64,000 nt of DNA from an uncultured Clostridium sp. (GTDB lineage Bacteria > Bacillota_I > Bacilli_A > RF39 > UBA660): positions 5,235 to 69,234 of the forward strand of contig CAZYRI010000001.1 of the NCBI GenBank assembly GCA_964649575.1, written 5' to 3'. The stretch's first letter is position 1. Each line of letters opens with the position of its first letter. The translations under genes were made by a program, and so were the position numbers. The notes under the pieces are model-generated. The model saw nothing but the letters and a program-made list of their open reading frames with translations. It had not been told where the DNA came from and searched no databases. Positions 20,971 through 31,252 of the stretch are shown piece after piece.

Positions 20971-21341
20971 TGTTATTATTTATAATGGATGAAGAAATCT
21001 TCATAAAATATTAAAGGAGCACTTAATATTGCTGAGTTAGGTGAATTTCTTTTATATTAAAACTATAAATAGTAAAAATAGTAAAAGGAAGATAATTATT
21101 ACTAGATATGAAATTTTTACATTCATACTCTTACTTTTTTATGAAATTTTAGTTTTAATAAACCATTAAATATTTTTGTACCCATTGCAATTATACTTAC
21201 TCTTTTAATAAGAAATCTTTAATTTATTAACATCATATTAGAATATTTTTGTGAATATTTGTTATTGTATGTAATTATTCTTTTTGCTATAATATTTTTA
21301 AAGGAATAAAAAGTAAATAACATTTATGGAGGTATTTTAAA

Positions 21342-22547
21342 ATGAAAAAAATGGATATTAAGATTGGTATATTGCCAAATCAATTTTTGAATGAAGATGG
21401 AACTTTTAATCAGGAAGATGCTATTATACATTCTGGTAGGATTGCTGGAATTTGTTATGATAAGGAAGGATTTGATCACTTACTTACAGAAGATATAGAA
21501 AAAACAGCCAGAAGAGTTAGAATGACACTTGGAAATGGACATCATAGTGTTTATGATCATGTAGTTATTAGTTTTGATTTAAAAAATGTTCCTAAAATTT
21601 TAGCTATGGTTATTAATAATGAACATCAATATACTACTAGTGAAAAATCTGCTAGATATACACCAGTGGTTAGAGGTAAAAATTCTATCATTACTGAAAG
21701 TGAAGAAATTCTTTATAATAAATGGTTAGAAATCTTTAAAGTTAAAATTGCTGATAGATATGGTGATATATTTAATAAATCAAAAATAGAAAAACTTGCT
21801 CAAGAGAATGCTAGATATATGGTAACTGTTTTTATGCCAACTGAACTTATCTATACTACTTCGTTAAGACAAATCAATTATATTGCTTCTTGGATGAAAA
21901 AATATATTACTGAACATAATGAATCTAATAAAGATTTTGATATTAAATTAATGAGTGCAATGGAAGAATTCTTAAGTGAACTTGATAGACTTAATGTTTT
22001 AGTTCCAGATCTTATGAAAAACGAAAAAAATAGAAGTTTTTCTCTATTTGGAAAAGATCTAGATAAGAAAAAGGAAAGCTTTAGTGATATTTATTCTACA
22101 ACTTATAATGTTTCTTTTGCAGAACTTGCTCAAGCTCAAAGACATAGAACTTTAGATTATCAAATGGAGATGACTGATAAAAAACAATATTTTGTTCCAC
22201 CTATTATTGAAGATGACCCTGTTCTTGTAAACGAATGGTTAAGTGATATTGAATCAATTAAAGATATTACTCCAATTGGTGAATTAGTTACAGTTAATGA
22301 GACTGGAAAGTATGACGATTTCATCTTAAAATGCCAAGAAAGGTTATGTTCAGCTGCACAACTTGAAATAATGAAGCAAACAAGAGAAACATTATTAAAA
22401 TATAGAGATGCTCTTAAAGAAGAAAATAATCCTCTTTATGATGATATCCTTAATTATACTAATGGTGCTAGATGTACTTTCCCAGGTTATGAATGTACTA
22501 TGCCATGTAAATTTAAAGAAGGAATTACATTAACAAGAAAGATATAA
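21342..22547 (+). CDS. ThyX (Thy1)-family protein, tandemly duplicated/divergent (401 aa)
   Basis: N-half GHHSVYDHVVISF...NNEHQYTTSEKSARY (ThyX motif with RHR degenerated to NEH); C-half retains QRHRTL; GGAGG RBS. Confidence 0.5.
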   Translation: MKKMDIKIGILPNQFLNEDGTFNQEDAIIHSGRIAGICYDKEGFDHLLTEDIEKTARRVRMTLGNGHHSVYDHVVISFDLKNVPKILAMVINNEHQYTTSEKSARYTPVVRGKNSIITESEEILYNKWLEIFKVKIADRYGDIFNKSKIEKLAQENARYMVTVFMPTELIYTTSLRQINYIASWMKKYITEHNESNKDFDIKLMSAMEEFLSELDRLNVLVPDLMKNEKNRSFSLFGKDLDKKKESFSDIYSTTYNVSFAELAQAQRHRTLDYQMEMTDKKQYFVPPIIEDDPVLVNEWLSDIESIKDITPIGELVTVNETGKYDDFILKCQERLCSAAQLEIMKQTRETLLKYRDALKEENNPLYDDILNYTNGARCTFPGYECTMPCKFKEGITLTRKI

Positions 22548-22574
22548 TTAAAAGATTACTTATAGTTAAAAAAA

Positions 22575-23129
22575 CTAGTTTCCTAGTTTTTTTATTTTAT
22601 TTAATTCTAAATCAATTAATTTAACTGTTTCATTTGAATTTTTTCTATCTTTTTTATTGATAAAGTCATTCCATTCTTTTAAATAATAGTCAATATTAGA
22701 AGTATTAACTCTGTCTTTTAAAATTTTTAATGCGGTATTTTTATAATTCATTATTGATACTGCTCCAAGTGCTTTTGGGAATGCTGAATCTGGTATTTTA
22801 GTTTTGTTATAAAATTCCATTGCCATACTATCAGTAACCATTCTTTTGTTAGTTAAAATTACTTTATTTGTCCTATATACTCCGCCAGGTGTTGCAGAAT
22901 TCATAACTCTTATCACTTCTGAATCTTCTGGTATAATAACATCACAAATCATATTTCCGTTATGAATCCATCTAATTATATTCTCTTCATTACTAAAATT
23001 GATACCACCCATTTCTTTTGGAGTTTTTCCATTCTTATTCCAGGTTTTAGCAATGTTTATTTCATCCATTTTATATTCGAAATCACTATATCTTGATTTA
23101 GTGTCAAATAACACCTTTAAATATTTCAT
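22575..23129 (-). CDS. hypothetical protein
   Basis: ORF only, 184 aa, no motif recognised. Confidence 0.4.
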   Translation of the reverse strand: MKYLKVLFDTKSRYSDFEYKMDEINIAKTWNKNGKTPKEMGGINFSNEENIIRWIHNGNMICDVIIPEDSEVIRVMNSATPGGVYRTNKVILTNKRMVTDSMAMEFYNKTKIPDSAFPKALGAVSIMNYKNTALKILKDRVNTSNIDYYLKEWNDFINKKDRKNSNETVKLIDLELNKIKKLGN

Positions 23130-23162
23130 TTACTTTTCCTTCTATATTATTAATTGTAATTA

Positions 23163-23735
23163 TTAATTATTTTCTTTATATGTTGAATCATATAAATCTT
23201 CATTATCATCTTTTTCTATTTCTTTATTTATTATTTCAGGTAAATCTTTTTTTGATGATAATCCAAAGTAATCTAAAAATTCGTCTGTTGTTTTATAAAG
23301 ATTAGGTTTCCCAATTGAATCATCTTTACCACATATTTTGATGAAACCTCTAGCAAGTAATCTTCTTACTAATTGTGAAGAATTAACTCCTCTTATTTCA
23401 TCTATTTTAAGTCTTGTTATTGGTTCATTATATGCAATTACTGCAAGAACTTCAAGTGCAGCTGTTGATAATGCTTTACTTTTAGTATCTGTTACTAAAC
23501 TCTCATAATATTTTCTATGTTCTTCTTTTGTTGTAAGTTTAAAAGCATTGCCTAAATATACAATTCTAAGTCCTCTATCTGATTCTTCATAATCTTTTTT
23601 TAATTCTAATAATGTTTGTTTTAGTGTCTCATTATCAATTTCTAATATTTTTTTTAATTCATCTACTGTTATACCTTCATCACCAACAACAAATAGTAAT
23701 CCTTCTACTATTGCTTTATAATTCATGTTAATCAA
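23163..23735 (-). CDS. scpB: segregation and condensation protein B
   Basis: winged-helix ScpB signature (LLFVVGDEGITVDEL). Confidence 0.9.
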   Translation of the reverse strand: MINMNYKAIVEGLLFVVGDEGITVDELKKILEIDNETLKQTLLELKKDYEESDRGLRIVYLGNAFKLTTKEEHRKYYESLVTDTKSKALSTAALEVLAVIAYNEPITRLKIDEIRGVNSSQLVRRLLARGFIKICGKDDSIGKPNLYKTTDEFLDYFGLSSKKDLPEIINKEIEKDDNEDLYDSTYKENN

Positions 23736-24441
23736 CTCTTTCTAAATATATCTCTGAGAAATTACTATCTTGTTTTATATTTATTTCTCTTCCCTTAACC
23801 ATTTCAAGAACAGATAGAAATGTCACAACTACATAAGGTTTACTAAAATCATCAAATAATTCCACAAAATTTACAGTTTTTCTTGTTTTTAATATATCTC
23901 TAATTTTAATAACTCTTTCTTTAACAGACATTTCTTTTCTGGCTATTTTTGTATTTTTTGGTTTACTTGCTTCTCTTCTTTCTAATAATTTTTGAAAAGC
24001 ATCTAATAAGTCAAACAAGCTAACACTGCCGTCGTTTTCTAGCTTTTCAAGAGAATAATTTTTTATATTTTCAGGAGATTTAGTAAAGTAATTACTTCTT
24101 TTTTCTTCAAGATTTCTAAATACTTCTGTACTTTCTTTATATTTTTTATACTCTATTAATCTTCTTTTTAATTCTTCTTCTGGATTAATATCTTCTTCAT
24201 CTTCTTTTTCTTCTTTTGTTGGAAGAAGTTTCTTACTTTTCATTTCAATTAATTCTGCTGCCATAACAAGATATTCACTAGCAATATCTAAATTAAGTTC
24301 TACCATAGAATTAATATAATTAATATATTCTTCTGTTATTTTTGATATTTCGATATCAAATATCTCCATTTTTGATTTTTTTATTAAATGAAGTAGTAAA
24401 TCAAGTGGACCTTCAAAATCCCCTATTAATAAATTATCCAT
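23728..24441 (-). CDS. scpA: segregation and condensation protein A
   Basis: ScpA N-terminus FEGPLDLLLHLI. Confidence 0.9.
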   Translation of the reverse strand: MDNLLIGDFEGPLDLLLHLIKKSKMEIFDIEISKITEEYINYINSMVELNLDIASEYLVMAAELIEMKSKKLLPTKEEKEDEEDINPEEELKRRLIEYKKYKESTEVFRNLEEKRSNYFTKSPENIKNYSLEKLENDGSVSLFDLLDAFQKLLERREASKPKNTKIARKEMSVKERVIKIRDILKTRKTVNFVELFDDFSKPYVVVTFLSVLEMVKGREINIKQDSNFSEIYLERVD

Positions 24442-25553
24442 TATTCACATTTCCATTTCTTTAATTCTTCTTTATTTTTAACTATTGTAATTATTGTATC
24501 TTTCTTATATAGTGGTTTAAAATCTTTTATTTCATTGTTTAAATCTATATTATATTTTAATAATGTATCATTGTATTCACTTTGAATATTATAATCTGTT
24601 ATATTTAAATATTCTTTTTTAAGTTCTTCTTTATAGTTATTTACTATTTTATTTTCTTCTTTATAACTAAATTCCTTATTAATATTATATTTTGTAAGTG
24701 AATTATTAGTAAATTCAAATGTATTTATATAATTTAATGATATATTATCATCATTTACTTCATATTTGCATATTAATGTTTTTGTTGTTGATAGTTCTTT
24801 ATCTGTATATGTTTTAATTAATGCATAAAATGAGTCAGTATAAACATCATTAGTCACTTCATATGTATATGTTCTTACAACATCTTTTTCAATTTTATCT
24901 ACAATAAATTGTTTCTTATCTATTATTTCTTTATCAGCATTGTATAACTCAATATATATTCCTTCTTCTTCGACTTTTGATGTTGTTTTATATGGCTCAT
25001 AGTTTAATATAATATTTGTTCCATTACCTTTTTTCACATTATAAAATTTTATATTATTTACTTTTAAATAACCAGTTTTATCTTCTATTTTTAGATAACC
25101 ATTCAATAAATTTTCTGATGTATTTTGATTATTAGGAAGTTTGTTTATTACATTTTCATTAACAAAATCCAATATATTATCCATGAATAATACAAATACT
25201 ATTAGTATTATTACAATCACAAATAATATTGTATTACTGTGAGTTTTTTTATGTGTTGAGATTACTTCTTCTTGTGTTGGGTTAACTGGTATTGGTTCCA
25301 CTTCTGTTATTGGCTGTGTTTGTTGACCTGGTACATCTGGTTGTTGTATTTGGGCAGGTGTAGTGTTTACACTTGCATTAACTTGTTCTTGTGGTTGAAC
25401 TGCTTGTATATTCTCAGGCTGTACAGGTACTTTATTTTCTACTGATGCAGTATTTGTATTAATCTCTGTATTTTGACTATTTGTATTATCCATATTAACC
25501 ACTATCCTTTTTATTCCTATAAAAATTATAGCAAAAAAAGAAGGAATTGTCAT
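24441..25553 (-). CDS. membrane-anchored protein with Pro/Gln-rich region and extracytoplasmic domain
   Basis: TM helix after PQ-rich segment; alternative start ATG 25493. Confidence 0.45.
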   Translation of the reverse strand: MTIPSFFAIIFIGIKRIVVNMDNTNSQNTEINTNTASVENKVPVQPENIQAVQPQEQVNASVNTTPAQIQQPDVPGQQTQPITEVEPIPVNPTQEEVISTHKKTHSNTILFVIVIILIVFVLFMDNILDFVNENVINKLPNNQNTSENLLNGYLKIEDKTGYLKVNNIKFYNVKKGNGTNIILNYEPYKTTSKVEEEGIYIELYNADKEIIDKKQFIVDKIEKDVVRTYTYEVTNDVYTDSFYALIKTYTDKELSTTKTLICKYEVNDDNISLNYINTFEFTNNSLTKYNINKEFSYKEENKIVNNYKEELKKEYLNITDYNIQSEYNDTLLKYNIDLNNEIKDFKPLYKKDTIITIVKNKEELKKWKCE

Positions 25554-25560
25554 TCCTTTT

Positions 25561-25911
25561 TTAATTTTTAACCTTAAATAATAAGCTTATAATAAATGAT
25601 ATTACTATTGTATAACTCATACCAGCAGATGAATTTACAAGTACTCCTTTAAATAAACCAACAAACCCATTACTTAGATATCCTTCACAAGCACCTGTTA
25701 CAAGTAAATGTCCAAAATTTATAATTGGAATACTTGCCCCAGCATGAAATATTTTTAATATAACATCATATATTCCAAATCCAGATAAAATACAACCTAT
25801 AATAACTAATAAAGTATTCATGTGACCAGGTGTCCATTTTGTTTTCTCAAGTACAAATTGTGATATAGCACACACTATTCCACAAAATAAAAATGATAAA
25901 ATATAATTCAC
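25561..25911 (-). CDS. spoVAEB: stage V sporulation protein AEb
   Basis: 116-aa membrane protein, SpoVAC/AEb family, downstream of spoVAD. Confidence 0.8.
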   Translation of the reverse strand: MNYILSFLFCGIVCAISQFVLEKTKWTPGHMNTLLVIIGCILSGFGIYDVILKIFHAGASIPIINFGHLLVTGACEGYLSNGFVGLFKGVLVNSSAGMSYTIVISFIISLLFKVKN

Positions 25912-26885
25912 TATTTCACCTCCACACTTACTGCATGGCTAATTCCTGGCATTTCTAATTTTAAATTAGAACTTAGAACTGAATGAAGTGACCCTGTCGC
26001 AATTAATAATATCTTTTTATATTTATTTTGTTTTAATACATAGTCAAAAAATATTATTGGTAAACATAATGGTCCACTTGCTCCAGCATAAATAATATCA
26101 TCTGTGTAATATATACTTCCTGAATCTATTATTTTTTTATTACTAATATCTATCTTATATTTCTTTTTATAATATTCTTTCATTATTTTTAATCCATATA
26201 TTCCAAGATCTCCAGTTAATACTAAATCATAATAATCAATTGTTCTATTAGTATCTTTTAAGTGATTATATAAGGTTTCAGCACAAGATGGTGCCATTGC
26301 ACTTCCCATATCATTAGCATCAGTATGACCCATTGTTATTACTTTTCCAATTGTTGATGATTCAATTTTAATATTTGACTCTTTATTTGATATTAATACA
26401 CTTATACTACCAGTAGATGTACTTGTGTTGACCATTTTTCTAACCGCACCATATTCAACTGGAAATCTAAATTGTTTTTCGCTTACTAAATTATGAGATG
26501 AAACTGTTATTATTGCATTCTTGTTTTTATTATTGATAAATTCACATCCAATTAGTAATCCTTCTACAAAGGAAGCACAGGCACTATATATTCCAAGATA
26601 TGAAACATTAAATTTAAAAGCTGCTAAAGTTGAAGCTAAATTTTGATTTTGTAAGTCTGATGATATTAATAAATTTATATTCTTTGATTTAATCTTACTC
26701 TTTTTTAATAATCCGTCAATTGTTATTTCTTGATATTTAGCTTCTGCAAGTTCAATAGTTTTTTCTTTTATATAATAATCATTTATACAATTATCAACTG
26801 TATTTTTAACAATAGGATTATATTTAGTTGATGCTAAAAGTGAATATTTATTATTTATATATACATTATTATAGTAATTTGTCAT
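25911..26885 (-). CDS. spoVAD: stage V sporulation protein AD
   Basis: thiolase/KAS-like fold protein 324 aa in spoVA operon. Confidence 0.8.
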   Translation of the reverse strand: MTNYYNNVYINNKYSLLASTKYNPIVKNTVDNCINDYYIKEKTIELAEAKYQEITIDGLLKKSKIKSKNINLLISSDLQNQNLASTLAAFKFNVSYLGIYSACASFVEGLLIGCEFINNKNKNAIITVSSHNLVSEKQFRFPVEYGAVRKMVNTSTSTGSISVLISNKESNIKIESSTIGKVITMGHTDANDMGSAMAPSCAETLYNHLKDTNRTIDYYDLVLTGDLGIYGLKIMKEYYKKKYKIDISNKKIIDSGSIYYTDDIIYAGASGPLCLPIIFFDYVLKQNKYKKILLIATGSLHSVLSSNLKLEMPGISHAVSVEVK

Positions 26886-27316
26886 AGTATTATACTCCTT
26901 ATATATCCGAATATTACTCCAAATATTACTCCATATAAGATTATGCTCCCTGCAAGTTTAAATATATTTGCCCCTATTCCTTTAATAAATCCTTCTCTTC
27001 TTGTATCCATTGCACTACTTGTCATTGTATTAGCAAAGCCGCTTGCTGGCACTATAAGACCACATTTTACGATACTAAGAATTTTATCAAATATTCCAAA
27101 TCCTGTTAATACTGCTCCGATTGTTACAAATGTAATAAATGTCATTAGATATGCATCACTTATATTTAAATTAAACCATCCTATATAATAATTAGTTATA
27201 AGTTCTGCAAATAAACCTGCTACTCCACCACTAAAAAATGCTATTAGAATATTTTTATTAGGGTTTTCTTTTTGAATATTTTTTTCAACTATTTTTTTAT
27301 ATTCTTTTTTATTCAT
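26882..27316 (-). CDS. spoVAC: stage V sporulation protein AC
   Basis: 144-aa 4-TM protein with FFSGGVAGLFAEL motif. Confidence 0.8.
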   Translation of the reverse strand: MNKKEYKKIVEKNIQKENPNKNILIAFFSGGVAGLFAELITNYYIGWFNLNISDAYLMTFITFVTIGAVLTGFGIFDKILSIVKCGLIVPASGFANTMTSSAMDTRREGFIKGIGANIFKLAGSIILYGVIFGVIFGYIRSIIL

Positions 27317-27399
27317 ATGTCACCTATTTTTATTATTTACAATATAAAAAAAATAATACAATTTGTATTATAATTTTTAAATGTTATATCAAATTTTTA

Positions 27400-27438
27400 T
27401 TAAAATAAAAATCCCAATTAAGGGATTAATTTGTTATT
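27400..27438 (-). terminator. terminator of tRNA-Glu
   Basis: minus RNA AAUCCCUUAAUUGGGAUUUUUAUUUU. Confidence 0.7.
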
Positions 27439-27514
27439 TGGTGACCCATAAGGGATTTGAACCCTTGAATGTCGCCTTGAGAGGGCGATGTGTTAACCAT
27501 TTCACCAATGGGCC
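27439..27514 (-). tRNA. tRNA-Glu (anticodon CUC)
   Basis: 76 nt; GGCCCAU acceptor, D-loop AAUGGUUA, anticodon loop CUCUCAA, T-loop UUCAAAU, ends GGGUCACCA like B. subtilis tRNA-Glu. Confidence 0.85.
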
Positions 27515-27614
27515 ACATAAAGAACAAATTAATTTTAACATAAGGAAAATGCTTTTTCAAGTGTGATATTTATAAAATTATAAAAATGTTATATAATATA
27601 GTTAGGTGATTATA

Positions 27615-28952
27615 ATGTGGAGATTTATTGTAATACTTACTTGTAAGATCGTTAATAAATTAAGTAAATTAACTGGTCATGCTGGTAGTGTTATTGGAGG
27701 AAGAATAGCAAGAAAGCTTGATAAGAATATTTTAAAGAAAATAAAATTGCCAAAATATGTTATTGGTATTACTGGTTCTAGTGGTAAAAGTTCCTCTACT
27801 GAACTTATGTATAATATACTTACTAAAAATAATTATAAGGTTATTTATAATAAAGAAGGAAGTAATACTATTAATGGAATAGCTTCTTTAATACTAAATA
27901 ATTCTAGTTTATTTGGTAAACTTAAAGCTGATATATTACTTATGGAGTTAGATGAACAATTTATGAAATATATTTTTGAATATATTATCCCTACTCATTT
28001 AATGGTTACTAATATAACAAGAGATCAACCTCCTAGAAATGCTCATCCTGAATATATATATAATGCTATTAAGAATGCTATACCTAATGGTGTAAATCTT
28101 ATTATAAATGTAGATGATCCTTTTGTTAATAGACTTAGAATTAATCATAAGGGAGCTATTATAACTTATGGTATAGATAAAAATGATTATTCAAGAAAAA
28201 GTAATATTAATAATTTAGATGCAGCTTATTGTCCAATATGTCATTCTAAATTAGAATATGATTATTATCAATATGGTCATATCGGTTCATATAATTGCCC
28301 TAAATATCATTTTAATCGTGGTAATCCAGATTACTTTGCTACTGATATTGATGTAGATAATAAGAAGATTAAAATTAATGATTGTGTTGTTAATCTACCT
28401 TCTAATTTTTTATACACTGTTTATTTTGTAACTGGTTGTTATGCTCTTAGTAAGTCAATAGGCTTAAGTGATGATGATATCTTAAAAGCTATTAATGACG
28501 AAAATATTAAAACTAAAAGACTTGAAATATATGATTTTGATAATAGGAAATGGCAAATGCTTGTAAGTAAAAACGAAAACAATTTAAGTTATAAGCAATC
28601 TCTTGATTATATATTACATCAAGATGGTGATAAAACTATTATACTTGGATTTGATTCTTCTAGTCGTAGATATACTGAAAATGATATATCCTGGATATGG
28701 GACATTGATTTTGAAAGTTTGAATGATGCTTCTATTAAAAATGTTGTTCTAATTGGTAAGTTCTGTTATGATATGATGGTTAGAATGGAATATGCTGGTA
28801 TTAATAAAGATAAAATATTACTTGTAAGTGATATTAGTAAACTTAGTAATATATTAAAAAATAAAACAACTGGTAAGATATTCTCCATGGTTTGTTTTGA
28901 TAAAGAAATAGAACTTAAAAAGATTATAAAGGAGGAAAATAATAATGATTAA
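27615..28952 (+). CDS. murT: lipid II isoglutaminyl synthase, Mur-ligase-like subunit MurT
   Basis: GITGSSGKSS P-loop, Cys4 ribbon CPICHS...CPKYH, C-terminal DUF1727-like region; AGGTGAT RBS. Confidence 0.85.
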   Translation: MWRFIVILTCKIVNKLSKLTGHAGSVIGGRIARKLDKNILKKIKLPKYVIGITGSSGKSSSTELMYNILTKNNYKVIYNKEGSNTINGIASLILNNSSLFGKLKADILLMELDEQFMKYIFEYIIPTHLMVTNITRDQPPRNAHPEYIYNAIKNAIPNGVNLIINVDDPFVNRLRINHKGAIITYGIDKNDYSRKSNINNLDAAYCPICHSKLEYDYYQYGHIGSYNCPKYHFNRGNPDYFATDIDVDNKKIKINDCVVNLPSNFLYTVYFVTGCYALSKSIGLSDDDILKAINDENIKTKRLEIYDFDNRKWQMLVSKNENNLSYKQSLDYILHQDGDKTIILGFDSSSRRYTENDISWIWDIDFESLNDASIKNVVLIGKFCYDMMVRMEYAGINKDKILLVSDISKLSNILKNKTTGKIFSMVCFDKEIELKKIIKEENNND

Positions 28953-29673
28953 TATTTTACATTTATATTATGATCTTCTTAATTTATATGGTGAGAATGC
29001 TAATGCAAGATGTTTATATAATGAATTAAAAAGAAACAATATTAAGGTTAATGTAGATCTTAGAAGTATCAATGAACAAATTAATTTTGATAAATATGAT
29101 ATTATCTATATAGGTTCTGGAAGTGAAGATAATTTATTCATAGTACTAGAGGATATTATAAAAAGGAAAAATGAAATTAAAAAATATATAGAAGGAAATG
29201 GTTACTTGATACTTACGGGTAATTCAATGGATTTGTTTGGTAAATGTATTCTTAATAATGATAAAGAAATTAAAGCACTTAATATATTTGATTATTCTGT
29301 TAAGCTTATAAATGAAAAGATGTTTAATAATGCTTCCTTATATAGAATTGTTGGTGAAGTTGCTGCAAGTACTAAGTTAATTAAAGAAAAAATAATTGGA
29401 TTTCAAAATAGATGTGATTTAGTATATAATGTAACTAATCCATTATTTGAAATTGATAAAGAATATTCAAATGATTATGAAAGTAATTGCGATGGAATTC
29501 ATTATAAGAATGTATATGGAACTCATATAATTGGGCCTTTACTTATTCGTAATCCATATTTTACTGATTACCTACTTGATAAAATATGCAAGGAACATAA
29601 ACTTAAATATAATAAAGTTGATAGTACAGCTAAAAAAGCATATAAAAAATACTTAGAAAATTTCTTAAACTAA
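28945..29673 (+). CDS. gatD: lipid II isoglutaminyl synthase glutaminase subunit GatD (CobQ-type GATase)
   Basis: 242 aa overlapping murT stop; GATase1-like. Confidence 0.8.
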   Translation: MINILHLYYDLLNLYGENANARCLYNELKRNNIKVNVDLRSINEQINFDKYDIIYIGSGSEDNLFIVLEDIIKRKNEIKKYIEGNGYLILTGNSMDLFGKCILNNDKEIKALNIFDYSVKLINEKMFNNASLYRIVGEVAASTKLIKEKIIGFQNRCDLVYNVTNPLFEIDKEYSNDYESNCDGIHYKNVYGTHIIGPLLIRNPYFTDYLLDKICKEHKLKYNKVDSTAKKAYKKYLENFLN

Positions 29674-30545
29674 GTATTTTTTTTACCTATTTTTTCTCCA
29701 TATTTAACACATGTTTCAATATTATTTTTTGAGTTTTCTAGAATATCTTTATCTAAATTGATAATTCCTTTTTTTACTAATAATACTATAGTTGAACCAC
29801 CAAATTCAAAATGTCCTTTTTCTTCACCTTTTTTGAATATGTAGTTTTCATGTTCATTTTTAATTTTTCCAATTGTCATTGCACCTATTTCTATATGAAT
29901 AACATCACCAAAATTATTAGTGTGAAGTATTGTCCATTCTCTAGTGTTTGTTTTATAAAAATCATAATTTCTTTCTAGTGCAATTGGTTGTACTGTATGT
30001 AATATTCCTTTTATTTTGTTATTTTTCTCATGATAGCCTGAGTCTATATAACAATATCTATGATAATCTGTTGGAGATAATCTAAATACTAAAGCATATC
30101 CTCTTTTATATTTTTTTAGTATTTTTTTATCAATTATAGTATTAATTGTATAATATGAATCTTTAATACATAATGTTAAGTCATTATGTATTGTATAAAC
30201 AGATAGTTTACTGTCACAAGGTGATATAAAGGATGTTTCAGTCATGTCAATTGGTCTTTTTGTTGGTATTATTTTTCTTGTAAAAAATTCATTAAACGAA
30301 TTGTATGTTGTTTTTTCATAATCTGTAATATCTATTTTATTATCTTTTATGAATTTTTTAATTTTATGTTTTGATAATCTACTATTCATATATATACCAG
30401 CTATATCTGATATAAATTTCATAGTACATATTTTTAGTAGTATTCTACCAAAAATAGTATTGTAAAAAAATGATAATGTTTTTGTTGTTTTTACTTCTTC
30501 TATCTTATCATTATTTCTATGTTTTATTTTATATATCATAAGCAT
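29670..30545 (-). CDS. psd: phosphatidylserine decarboxylase proenzyme
   Basis: C-terminal FGGST cleavage/pyruvoyl motif; adjacent pssA. Confidence 0.8.
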   Translation of the reverse strand: MLMIYKIKHRNNDKIEEVKTTKTLSFFYNTIFGRILLKICTMKFISDIAGIYMNSRLSKHKIKKFIKDNKIDITDYEKTTYNSFNEFFTRKIIPTKRPIDMTETSFISPCDSKLSVYTIHNDLTLCIKDSYYTINTIIDKKILKKYKRGYALVFRLSPTDYHRYCYIDSGYHEKNNKIKGILHTVQPIALERNYDFYKTNTREWTILHTNNFGDVIHIEIGAMTIGKIKNEHENYIFKKGEEKGHFEFGGSTIVLLVKKGIINLDKDILENSKNNIETCVKYGEKIGKKNT

Positions 30546-31174
30546 TTAGTTGCGATAATAAACATTATCTCAATTACTCCGATTAGTATTAAGAATATCA
30601 TTGTTTTAAGACTTGGTTTTTTTATTTTAATTTTTGTTATAAATAATATTCCAACTATTAACATTACTGCTGCATAAGCAATTGGAAAATAATTTCCTAT
30701 ATATTTTCTAAATATATATAGAAATGGGAATATTAATGCTGATGATGTAACTGGTAAACCTGTATATACTTTTACTGGTGTATTACTATTTCTAGTTATT
30801 TCAAGTACATTAAAGTATGCAAGTCTTATTAAAGCAGCAAGTGGAAAAAATGCAATTATTGGAAGTAAATATCTATAATCAAATGGCAAATATTTAGCAT
30901 TTTGTGCTAAACTATAACCTATTATTGAAGGTAATACTCCAAAGCAAACTAAATCTGATAAGCTATCTAGTTGTATTCCAAAATGTCTTTCTTCTATTGT
31001 TCTTTTTTTCTTAGTTCTTGCTACTCTTCCATCAAACATATCACAAAGTCCACTAAACATTAAACAAAATAATGCTGGAAAAATATGTCCATTTATTGCT
31101 AAAGTTATACCAACTATACCAGAAATGAATCCCATATATGTTAATAAAACTGTATAATCATAAAATCCTATCAT
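30536..31174 (-). CDS. pssA: CDP-diacylglycerol--serine O-phosphatidyltransferase
   Basis: CDP-alcohol phosphatidyltransferase motif DMFDGRVAR. Confidence 0.85.
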   Translation of the reverse strand: MIGFYDYTVLLTYMGFISGIVGITLAINGHIFPALFCLMFSGLCDMFDGRVARTKKKRTIEERHFGIQLDSLSDLVCFGVLPSIIGYSLAQNAKYLPFDYRYLLPIIAFFPLAALIRLAYFNVLEITRNSNTPVKVYTGLPVTSSALIFPFLYIFRKYIGNYFPIAYAAVMLIVGILFITKIKIKKPSLKTMIFLILIGVIEIMFIIATKCL

Positions 31175-31252
31175 CTACTACACACCTCAATTTAATTATA
31201 CATATTTTTTTCACAAAATGCAAACAATCAGTTTTTCATTATTATACGATTA

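Noticed and set aside
20810-21004. 64-aa minus-strand ORF
   Set aside because: Entirely overlaps tRNA-Leu and its terminator; an AT-rich chance ORF.
27381-27566. 61-aa plus-strand ORF
   Set aside because: Antisense to tRNA-Glu; spurious.
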